From IMG/VR virus record IMGVR_UViG_3300045988_063953: a stretch of DNA of 64,000 bases; one strand, written 5' to 3'. Both the position numbers and the translations under genes were made by a program. Below are positions 39,101-46,700 of the stretch, one piece after another; position 1 is the stretch's first letter; every line of letters starts with the position of its first letter. Source of the DNA: a virus. Under the pieces are notes generated by a model that was given only the letters and a program-made list of their open reading frames with translations, was not told where the DNA came from and made no database searches.

Positions 39101-40625
39101 AAGAATTAGCAATAGAAATAAGTTCTTGAAGATTAGCTTTCTCATTACCTTTACCTTTATTAAGACGAACATAATTAGAAATAGAATCTTTGCTTAGTGT
39201 AGGAATAAGTGAGTGAATTACAGCAGCTACTTTATCAATAGCTTCATATTCTTTAGCTGCATCACGAACAACATTCTGTCCGTTAACAACCTTATAATTA
39301 CTATTAACATCAAAACTTAGTTCACGAAGACCAGTTCTCAAAGAATACTCTTCTGCGTTAATAATAGAATGTCTAAGACCATTAAGAAACTCGAAACGTA
39401 AAGCAGTATCTTTATCAATATTTCTATTGTTATTAAACAAAGTAGCTTTATCTCCATCAAATAAAACTTCTTGTTTACTAATAACAGTTTTACTGAAAGT
39501 AGAATACAATTCACAAGCAAGACTAAAGTCTTTATAAATATCTTCATAAAGTGTAATTAGTCCACTAAGTTCTTTATGCTTTTGAGCTAAAGCTTTAATA
39601 CTTTCAGCCATAGTAGTAATATTAGTATAATCAATATCACCACCATATAATACAGAAAAGATTTCATTAGCACTATGAAAATCTTGAACACCAAGCGGAT
39701 TAGAAGTGTCATTCATACGAGTATGAACGTCACCTTCTGTAGATGTTAACTTAGGAATAGTACTAAGATATATATTAAGTTTATCACCAATATGTTTTTG
39801 GAAAGTACTATAAGCACCTGAATGTTCAGTATTAGCAATAAACTCATCACGATAATCATCGTTCTCTTTGTCTTCTTTATCAGCATCATTTACACTATCT
39901 TCATCAGCTGCTTCTTCAGCATTGAGTTCATCATTGTTTTCTTTAGGGAACTTAAACATAGCAAGTCTATTATCTCTAAGAGCTTCTTCAAACAATGCTT
40001 TAGCTAAAGTAACATTAGGCTTTCCATCAACTCTGCTACGAGCAATAACTTCATTAAATAGAGCATAAAGATTTTTATCTTGAGTAGATACTTCATCAGA
40101 ATTAAAAATATCATCAAGATTACGAATACCTTTCTTAAACTCAAGAAAAGCCTCTTCTCTACTAAGACCTTTAATAGCTGCAATTCTATCAATAAGATTT
40201 GCTTTAACATTGTTCTTAGCCTTGTTAATAACAAACTCTTTTCTCTTAGCACTGTCTTTAATAGCACGAGCTTCATCAGATGAAGCAGCAACTAACATTT
40301 GATTACTAACAAAACGTTTAGCAAAGTTTCTTGCAACAACATCTGTGTAACCAAATGTAATAACTGAAGTATCAGTTTCTTTTTTACGAGCAGTAACATT
40401 ACCATCAGGATGTAAAAAATAATGATATTCAAGTGCTTCTTTAGCAAAATCGTTAACATCAAGTTTTTTACCATCATGAGTTTCCTCATACCACTTACTA
40501 AACTCTCTTGTAGGTTGTTTATTTGTACCTACAGCCTCACTATAACAAGCACTAAATAGAGCATCATTATTGCCTACTAACTTGCGAAGTGAATGAAGAG
40601 TTCCTACATTAATAAAACAATCCAT
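27192..40625 (-). CDS. giant virion-associated protein containing a crAss-type RNA polymerase-like DxDxD centre
   Basis: Uninterrupted 4477-aa ORF. GSDFDIDSVYG (DFDID encoded at 35586-35600) matches the metal-binding motif described for two-barrel virion RNAPs of crAss-like phages. Confidence 0.75.
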   Translation of the reverse strand: MDCFINVGTLHSLRKLVGNNDALFSACYSEAVGTNKQPTREFSKWYEETHDGKKLDVNDFAKEALEYHYFLHPDGNVTARKKETDTSVITFGYTDVVARNFAKRFVSNQMLVAASSDEARAIKDSAKRKEFVINKAKNNVKANLIDRIAAIKGLSREEAFLEFKKGIRNLDDIFNSDEVSTQDKNLYALFNEVIARSRVDGKPNVTLAKALFEEALRDNRLAMFKFPKENNDELNAEEAADEDSVNDADKEDKENDDYRDEFIANTEHSGAYSTFQKHIGDKLNIYLSTIPKLTSTEGDVHTRMNDTSNPLGVQDFHSANEIFSVLYGGDIDYTNITTMAESIKALAQKHKELSGLITLYEDIYKDFSLACELYSTFSKTVISKQEVLFDGDKATLFNNNRNIDKDTALRFEFLNGLRHSIINAEEYSLRTGLRELSFDVNSNYKVVNGQNVVRDAAKEYEAIDKVAAVIHSLIPTLSKDSISNYVRLNKGKGNEKANLQELISIANSLVAEAESVKANYIARENNIREAYSVNKELDASKQYGNPNRQDIWDKYSHGHYPTADDYRDVSGAREQEYLTPRAITLSNELANKLSPYSTINVELNSYNVHGNQSSNVINSSWLTGFIRTVQSKEALENFGKLMFQSNQYDYSNILVEKTDANGKVINKGLFRLVYGKYQPTEYAHRLAKVKLFDGAANESSDSAATYANMSKADYIATEVYHFFEAENEEAILGKDTEVADYFLRTPSDASRNFVITLPRYSTKSLFRLKNPTEANKKIDAKINEIVEIPAGEEGIYDTLTPVIADKKRALYDLTKGNLRSRTIKVSNINTEVEETLGRKPQKGDTITVTYHYTNNDGVTTKYVLEGTYGDKNNNGIVLEKPILKGVLSHDTYGVKEIGDDLLSAIHEQLRQTMVNSGELEMIIDKTSPVYQQYKAVFMQELTNAKTAFDKIFEEDGEGGYKAKLNPNQTFANYHQKGGKFYVESDGRRYLVGNVFRSAKFQLNGRNYLGELFAHADNSGNSVEPVFDFFYGGATKAITTNPTTGAVVLNEAQEEAVDAAISEYIKDFVFDSTNRLNEFENVLKKENLSPERISDFAINYNLMYMNFDDIFEGDMKFYKDTQTALKRAKEVQGSGVPYGIFNAVRDNSKVTKDEIVTSPLSKPFTKINADGTKEDYFVRQYDGFRGVTIKNTIRTQKEVLANGVVAKALAKAYRKEGLSEKDALTKANAFLKGYEDTTVNDAQSYITFNEWVRRVTARGQFNKYKPLIEKILDESQELNPEDIKEFIQVQKNFYYDLHYNAELGVVAPRQIKNAEFVLVPRLIKDTQLEQVAKLMDKFGIDQLNTEETSKAGKANILTLWDNNGEIDSKIIEDLDRESGFKSDFCKAVKSPEACQIFDYNHLYTQQETPQHINAENKAAIQIMKKIVDNIDKDSPLYAYKETFMDCHAANVYDDFVQLMQDCGLELDEDGNLKLDEQGNPVGLDAEVFFEKLQAEAERQALDSNMMDFLTLQDEERIGNTPLTRMPLFMSNVSTKLENIAQAMFNNGITRQKLPGFHAAQITNIGFKAIRESVKSYAYSHSLRYHSDKNGNYTDYIEVMLPAANFGFKRINDDGSFKSDEDLLKELQAEGLDEILGYRIPTEGKQSVCKFKVVGFTDDALGSTIVVPDAWVSQTGSDFDIDSVYGIQYNTFIDEEGIIRKVPYIEVANKSYNDYVEDHVEDKSLLEDKEFNHNNWAIEHGLLSRDEWSEQNKDKIIRENTKRARQNKMLDSMKAILSHEDSLEENLSRSNFDDLIKARNAIYAGTPAQIARQNRTPYNVIDQAEYQDDAMSGAKLKAFSVTRDTFCSVCNTVKPTIHKSAQFKVVLPLAKYDIKTVTDSFGDMAVIDTDKGTITLTVDKLGWSKNNKNIAGKIITAYSSQTTAHILDAIKEDAIPNENDYTFAVFKTFPDVGLDFETAVAFIMQPGVTRIVDAYNANKSIYVSGNYNPIHAAIKDIAKALDIKVDKFTPIDKVIEELNKNGDVQKSLAKLFGIKDNISLDHSFLSDVPLDTKLLGDRIKEKGVFGTSPVKESNNADSLVFDLVTILQFNKLNALAQNIGDLARVSNPDKFGAKQSIFATNKVFDDIHTLIDRHNHTDNGILLNVDGVNFIESVYPGVSGSIDDYMSYKGDVKSSYPTLDAFLRYATAPSIKVNRLLFATQSDRFRSIITHLAENFTGSKVMTEQTYRDYQNYVLGSMYSNVSSIKFPMSYSEEFGLQPAVTDNLMVDDAYEETQRIFGYNRDAQSLVEDADGNKVPFDVKDANHPTIEEVRQFLTLSPAQKVLWVQSRFSDGLVTKYLRASTHNTFKGRIGKHTISFIENSDNIETVYNSFEKLLDNNNPLLAATAIDIIKYAFVVDGFKMRRGGVSKVIKNSTLFNDRTDNGSILDGIGFTQEVNDQFRGMDKTFEASAINSLEERFLRSNPTLRAIPTRKIDKVDKKSELGYSYYGMKRVSINQKELLEKYNISDFDEDGNPMFNKYVRLKENGKAEPVLYKIYDAHNGKDIFLIPLNKLEANEQSDISANAENNKFPNKRFYWEAIKDFTGKADVIWSHEWSEQFENRLKATKQVTPTDYITKGTKSIAVENIPFDLNNPKPNEVGAFDSIKRQINDWFGVHNGADGKILWISNLALERYIKSNSTTNGVKQIISTERSIDGKSSVSLPMGYTIAKAPFTDYARYLKYDNVNDKVDGITNISKRTAIKKLQDFVRDNGKDITNYPLYIVTEDVQEKPDEVRQSALDEEAAQQGVQSFNFVAKAGFESGVKAKALYKELTGTNNPNAAKDNIGGTVRITAEFVDSTVKDILHNFDYFTTNTKTGKYLSIDDPQVIDVIANDIDERDKFLKTLLTAKALIRKFAEYSNLDVNAEDENLKYYLETIQDRIKELSSNNKLDRALKNFGNEYLKKLSNNPYIIQDILTVFDGYHSSNTFEAWFNDLQESTNPIVQIITKHVMENIRSAEMVTKERVREFNKFKREVEKEAREKGLTIDMNKIVDENTRLRQDYNDDLRKTFVELLNNMQNLKAQGAEKHVEYLLAKHKLDAFEAEHFEQELRQDYYTEKLRIEEALLQDGIGKAKVYEDPNDPFRGAVDPFAATQPKETDPNFIGHRYIFSHYKQLKERQFEIRDHIDSQGNLSEHWEKELKQVEDEIHKLLYGDNRLATDPLMDMEERVPDKETDLEGYKRYLLYGGVHRAALREYVKRMQELNAKYYKYDSKFGFDEELKRNLDTIKAYEERNAAGELTVPLSELMKKDEYVKAKEWLAHNARYVYGESFWEEVGDALKKVSKGTSNNGRNKTRDYIRSLAIKHDILDNKGVVDGSKLTPEQVEHIKALQKAYYDYSQNTGLSQRKLIRNGNDGNEVYTADFYKGMTSDGVVTKEYNDIVWKINEILQKVYNSHTKSVRTDTLSIDDLHKLEKLYSELRDTTKKKGATNRKEVFKFIKDNVDSKIDQERFDTMNKWAKAKAEVLGEEWYKAWYDANTEIALDKDGEMIINDDGTVKIQPNSYLYGSIKPKDSVKDKFTDKNKTEGLKALKELVVSDKTEHYYRVFQEKQAEGKEAFQEWYDANHIYDPYKQAVVPLECWTESKPNPNIARFDGQWVPSFKNTERTPKDGRDSNGDLDGSPDMRNPNYKGGDLYKNYRKGSGFDSDVHLNEVEKKIRDKFGDTLEALAQTESSRRFIRDGSMPVMMKEQPTSGKRILKEGGKFLGYVSADTGDTEFYNDSDITFANDRTMDMPMLQRLRAKDGVKFDEVEPNIEDYGGDIDKYNVDIDAYNKRKAEYEEARQKEHNDLAERNWWEVMNNFITKAGHFNAVQDQKLMLYYGEEMLKDYKVYQQKFGSGHLSKTLDTADGYEKVTDNNIHAQYVNWVRRLIYDQYKDKNKKFTKAAAFAQNITSNIYMMGNIKGGIANITMGETQILGEQFAKQYFTSKDWAMGKKYWIANALSFMKDVYSDKSTSTADALVKYLAVVDYDELNGTVKVAKGEEAVQRLRDAMFTPQAIGEHFMQNGAMFSMAYSHRLFENPKYGLVAGEPKYITKTLDNHIKDLADAELMKLLDDKHRKEFAELRAKELSDPDTKKEIVRYRKDLSSEFAIKYLSKEEKDLWRKNYNDAVKRAKEEFNNDEEHPTLMSQFTLAEDGYLGFKDDSLMSEIPVDERAKILGRFKGRVISVNKKIHGMYGKLDQAQIEKTWYGSLIMQYHKHIPSGFMKRFRRHGYFNEERETIEKGTYISLIDFLSLNLRAVKNKNGMSDAQTSALESIQNVFKLSFDFLLEAKSTYNILPEYEKANIRRSLGELCGFLSAICMAVAARAILDDDDESFVGNLALYEADRLASESMQFTPYGVYAQGKQLWSQPVAATGAMSDAIASLGQVAKMLMEGDDFDPNYHSGRFSGQNKLTVYIKRRIPLYRQYDNMVHISDDNHYYKMTGNGIGFAKDIYDSIKR
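30950..30969 (+). repeat. GC-rich motif copy H
   Basis: ctcccccgtaaaggagataa. In the 4477-aa CDS, read as LYGG. Confidence 0.85.
34412..34431 (-). repeat. GC-rich motif copy I
   Basis: tactttcttttacgggggag. In the 4477-aa CDS, read as SPVK. Confidence 0.85.
37529..37548 (+). repeat. GC-rich motif copy J
   Basis: ctcccccgtaaaagaaatca. In the 4477-aa CDS, read as FYGG. Confidence 0.85.
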
Positions 40626-40645
40626 AAATTTATATATTTAATTAT

Positions 40646-40695
40646 TAAAAGAAATAAACCTCAGAAGAATAATTTTATAATCATTACTTCTGAGG
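40646..40695 (-). terminator. intrinsic terminator between the 2371-aa and 4477-aa genes
   Basis: Perfect 10-bp stem acctcagaag / cttctgaggt. On the - strand it is followed by ttatttctttt. Confidence 0.7.
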
Positions 40696-40709
40696 TCATT
40701 AGTATTTAC

Positions 40710-43700
40710 TTATTTACAATATGTTTGAAGTTCACCATTGTCTATTTGTTCTCTCATCTTAGCCCTATTCTCAATAGGAATACTATCAATAAAAGACTTA
40801 ATAGTTGGAGTTCTAATGTCTTCGTCAATATTTGAACGCATAACATCATCAAAGTCAACATCCATATCAAATTCATTATCAAAAGAATCTTCTGAATCAT
40901 AAACTTTAGGAGGTTCTTCTTTAGTTGTTTCAGGAGAAGTAGTTTCTTCTGTAATTTCCTTTACGGGGGAGGTATCAGAACTCTCATCTTTGAAATCTAA
41001 TGTACCCTCTTTTGCAACTTCTTTTTTAGTAGTATTAAGAATATCACCGAGAGCAACTATTTCTTTCTCATAAAGAGAACCTTTACGAACATCCCAACCG
41101 AATATCTTGCAGAGTGTATCTACTATCTTTTGGAACAACGACTTCTTTTTAGAACCTTTATCTACTTTAGCATCAATAGCGTTAAGTCTATCAATAAGTT
41201 CTTTAGACGTTAAACTTTCAACTAAAAACTCTTCAAGAGCAATAGTATCATTTTTATCTATCTTTTCATAACGTCTAATACCTTTACCTTCTTCAAGACC
41301 ATCACGCTTATTAGCTTCAATAAATTCATCTCTAATAGCACGAACTTGCTCAATATATTTAGCATTACCATCTTGTGCAAGAATACGATGTAGTTGTTCA
41401 TGAATAAGTTTACGAAGAGCCTCTTGTTTAGTATCAGGATTTCTAAGCATATCAAGCCACTTTGTACCTACCGTAATAGTATCTTTAGTGACATTATATA
41501 AAGCATTAGTTCTTTCATATCCTGCTCTACTATTTAAGTCTTTGTCAAAGATAATAGTTTTTGGTAGAATAGAATAACCATTTATAGGTTTTAACAAGTT
41601 TTTTACACTATTACCAAGTATCATAGTAGCAATAGCATTACCTTGATGTTCTCTTTTATCTCCTTTTTCAAGAAGTTGAACAACTTTTTCTACTCTTGCA
41701 TCACCACTTGTTTTTTGCTCAGCAGTATTACCATTAATAGTTTCTGGAGTTTTAACAGCATCGAAACGTACATAAAGAGTTTGGTTACCTACTTGAGTTT
41801 TATCATTACGTCTTGTAAAGTTAGTTTCTTTACCATTAATATCTTTAGTCTTTTTGAGATTAATCTTAACAAGATTATTGTCAATAAGAAAATCTTTATA
41901 AGACTTAGCACTAACAACAGTAGGTTTACCTGTTTTACTATTAGGAATAGTAACAGTAAATTCACCTTTTTCATTACGTGACATAAAACCTGTAAGAGGA
42001 TAGTTTTCATTTATAGCATTTTGCATTGCGTCAAAATGAATACCAATAGCACTTCTATCAACAAATTGTTCAAACATTTTGATAGCAGCATCTTTATTTT
42101 CTCCATTCTTATCAAAGATACCTTTAGCTTCTCCTTGACGAACAGCAGTTTGATATTGTCTTTCACCTCTATAAATACTATTTCCAATACTTATAGAAAA
42201 TGGTTGACCATCAATAGCAATATTAAAACCATTACCTTTAGAAAAATCTCTAATAGTGATACCATTATCAGACATAAATCCTCTACTAATGGTTCTATTA
42301 TAATTACTAAAGACTTTATTAACAAAATCTCTAAGTCTTTCATAAGAACCTTCTTTATGAGCATAAAAATCTTCAAGAAGATTAGCAAATTCAGTCTTAA
42401 TAGCTTTCTGAATTTTAACTACATCTTTACTAAGACGTTTATCTCCAAAGCGTACAGGATAAGCTCTAACAAGTTGAGGAACACCGTTTTGGTCTTTAAT
42501 CATACCAAAGGTATTACCCGGAGTACCCGGAAAGTCAACTTGAGAACCACCATCACCATATACTATACCAGAAGTTCTTTCACCATAAGCATTTTGACCA
42601 GTAGGAATAAATCCAAATTCAAATCTATCCATAAGAGAATCAGCAACAGCATCTTTAACTGTATTAGCTTGTTTCTCAACTTCAGGATTAAGATATTCTT
42701 CATTACTCTCAACTTGCTTTGTTAGAATACCACTTGTAACATAATCTACAGTAGCTTCATATCCTTGTGGGAACTTAGCAATAGCACTAATAGCATTATA
42801 ACTATTAAGAAGTTTATCAAAGTAATCATCAATAGAATTACTAAGAACATCTGCAAGTTTATATTCTAAATCAGTACCAGCTACTTGATTATAAGACTTG
42901 GCAATATAACGATATAGTTTAGCAAAACCTTCTGCGACAATATCAATATCTGTTGGGTCGACTATAACACCTTTATCAACAAGAGCTTTAACTTCTTTAT
43001 TATTAAGAAACTTTTTATAGAGTTTCTTTCTATCCTTTTCAGTAAGAGTTTTATCAAATGCTAAACTATAAAGTATATCATTAACTTCAGAAGCATCTTC
43101 GTTTTCTTCATAAACCCAACGTTTAAGAGTATCTTTAAGAGTAGAATCTCCGTTATTGACATTAATATCATAAATAACACCATCGTTTTTTACAGTATAA
43201 GCATCAATCTCTTTAGATACAATAGGAACAGGAAGAGCACCAATTAAAGTACCATTAGTTCTAATGTGAAGTTTATTATTTCTAACTTCAATAGAAACTC
43301 TATCTCCAACTTTAACATTATCCAATGCTTCAAGCAGTTCATTAAGTTCATCAGTTCTATCTTCTTTTTGATAAAGTTCAACAAGCTGTTTGATATTAAG
43401 ACGATGTCTATCAGCATTAAGAGTTTGAATAATCTCTTTTTTATTATCGAAAATAGTTTCTGCGTCTAAAGCTGCTTCATCAACAATTCGATAAAGATAA
43501 TCTTTATTCTTACTCTTATCAAGAATATATTGTTTGAGATAACCATAAATGCCTGTAGCAGTATCAGGAGTTTCACTTACTTCATTGCACCAATTAAGTA
43601 AATCTTGGAAACTAAAATAATATCTTTCAACACCATTTTTATCTTTTCTAACAATACCATCTCTATCAGAAAGATAAGCGTCAAATAAAGCATCTGCTGC

Positions 43701-46700
43701 TTTGCTATAAACATCAGTAAACTTTTTATGCTTTTTACCATCAACTACTTCTTCTTCAATAGCAGACTGTCTATTCTGAGCATCAATAACACCTGCAATA
43801 GCATCAAGTTTATTATTACGTTTAGTAAGAAGTTTATTATATAATGGATTCTTTCTAATATCATTAACAATAGCTTTAAGAATATCCTCTTCCACACCTT
43901 GAGCTTTATAAGTATTATAAAGCTCATCAGCAAGTTCATCCATAGTAATCTTATCTTTATGAGCTTTAATAGTAGGAATAACAGCTCCATTAATTACTAC
44001 TTTAGCATCATTAAGAATCTCTTTACCAGAATCAGCAACAGCATCTTCATTAGAGTTTTCTGATACCTCCCCCGTATAAGAAATGTGAGATTGCTTACCA
44101 GTATCTCCTTTAAGATGTTTTTCTAACCATTGTTTTTGAATATCATTAAGTTGTATCCCACGAACTTCATCATTACCAATATCATCACCTTTTTGATAAG
44201 CAAAGAAAGTTCCGTTATCATTAACAACTATTTCCCCAACAACAGGTTCACCGTTAATATTACCTTTAATAGGTTTCTTAATCTTATATTTGAAAACTCC
44301 AAAGTCAGTTTCATTCTTACTAATAGTATCAATAAGAGCAGTTTCTTGTTGTTCTTTAATACTCTTATCTCCTTGAGGAGCTTCTTCAGAACTTTGTTCT
44401 TCTACAGGAGCATCACTTTTTTTACCTATAAGACCTTTACTAACAACTTCAAAATCACCATTATCTTTACGTTTAACAATAGGATTTTGTTTAACTTCAG
44501 CATTATTGTCAATAACCGAAGCATCTTTTTCAACATCAAATAAAGCAGTGTTATTAAACAAATGTTCAACACCTACTTTACCTTTAAGTTGAATTTCTTC
44601 AGTACCATCTTCTTTAGCTACAGTTTCTATGTTAGTTTTACCAGTAGAATCAATATCACCTTTATCATTAAAACGAATACTTTTAGCAGGAGTTTCTTCT
44701 GTTTTTGGCTCGGTCGGTTCAGTGGTTGGCTCGGTGCTTTCCTCGCTGCTTACTTCGTCCGTAGTGCCGTTCTTTTGGCTTTCCTCGCTTTCAGTTTCAT
44801 TTGTCGATTGATTATTCGACTTTTCATTTTCAGCCGTTTCTGAGGGATTTTGATTTGTGGTAGTATTTTTCTTCTTTTGCTCCTCCTTTTGGAACTGCAA
44901 TATCTCTTCTAAGTCCAACACATTTGTCAAACTTTCATAAAGTTGATTATTGTTAGGATTAGCAAAATTATAAACAGTAATTGCTTCATCAAACTTTTCT
45001 TTATCTTCTTTGTCATAAAGTTCAGTAATCTTATCAAACTCTTCATTATCTCCAATACGTCTACTTGCAAGAGCAGCTTCAAGACTTTCTCTACCATATT
45101 TACCAAGAATATCTTTGAAAGTATCAGTAGCTTTAGCAAGTTTAGCTCTACGCATTTCATTAAGAGTATTGTTAAGTACTCCTATTTCTGTTTTAAGTTC
45201 ACTAACAGAACTAACTACTTGAGAACGATTTTGATTAATTTGATAACCATATTGATAAGCTCTATTGTAAGACTCACCTATGGCATCTTCTTTGCTGCCA
45301 TACTCTTTAAGTTCTTCAAGAATGTCATTAGTACTACGATTGAGTTTATTATAATCAGTAGCAAATTGTTTTGCATCTTCTTCTGCTAATTGAAGAGTTT
45401 TATCATCAAGTTCAAATATATTTTGAACACCTCTGAAATCACCTTTGTCAATAGCATCTGCAATAGCTTTTTCTTCTTCTTGAAGAGCAAGTCTTCCAGC
45501 TTCATCATCTTTAGTTAAAAGACTTTGTCTTACAAGATTAGTCTTATTTCTTGCAAAGAATATTGGAAGCATACTTCTAACATCATTCTTATCATAAAGA
45601 CTTTCATGTAAAGACTTAATTTGTTTATCAATACTTTCGAGAGCTAATTGACCACCAATAGTAGGATTATCTTTAAGAGATTGTTCTACTTCTGCTTTAC
45701 TCTGATATAAGTCAGTTAAAGCCCAAACATTAGCACGAGCTTCAAGTGCTCTTTCATAATCTTCAACTTCACCACTAAGTTTACCATCTTCTTTAGCTTT
45801 AGCTATAAGAGCACGATAAATATTCAGTTCTTCATTACGAGCAGTTTCTAAAGTTTTAATACCAAGACGATTATATGCATTATTTGTAGCGATCGTTTGA
45901 AGCATTTCAAAAGGAATAACTTTACCATCTTCAACAGCATCAGCAGAAATACGATTAAGATGAGTAATTTCGTCATTATATTCTTTTTCTACTTGTGCTA
46001 TTTTATCAACAGCTTGTTGTTGAAAAGTATGACTATCTTCTTCACTAATAATACCTTTAGCTACCATAACTTGTCTGACATTATCATCAGACATAAATTC
46101 TTTAAGCAAAGAACTATTACCATTGTTCATTGCCTCTAAAGACATATCAGTAAGAGTTTTGTTAATTACTTGTTGCTTAAAAGTAGCTTGTTCAGCTTTA
46201 GTAAGTTCTCTATCATCAGAAGTATCAAAAGGATTACGAGCTTGTTCAATTCTTTTAAGTTGTTGTCCAAGTAATTGAAGTTTAGCATCTCTACCTTGAA
46301 TTTCGGCAATCTTACGTTTAACTTCTGGAAGTTCATCATTCATAGACCAAGAAGGAGCATTACTATTATTTTCTCCTGTAGTAGCATTTTCACCTGTTTT
46401 AGCCTTATCATTCTTATGTTCAAGGTTATATTTTAGCTGATTAAGTTTACTACCACCTACTTCAAATACAACACCACCAAGAACACCCCAAAACATACTC
46501 TCCCAAAGTTGAGGACTTTGAGCATAACTTTTAAGACGAGAATCAAAAGAACTACCGTTAGAAGTACCTAATAATACTCTACCAGTATCCATAGCCTCAA
46601 GCTGAGAAATAGTATTAACACCTTCTTCAAGACCTTCACCTAATTGAGCACCAACAGCAAGTTTACTCTTAAAAAGAAAATCAGTAGCATGGTCTTTAGT

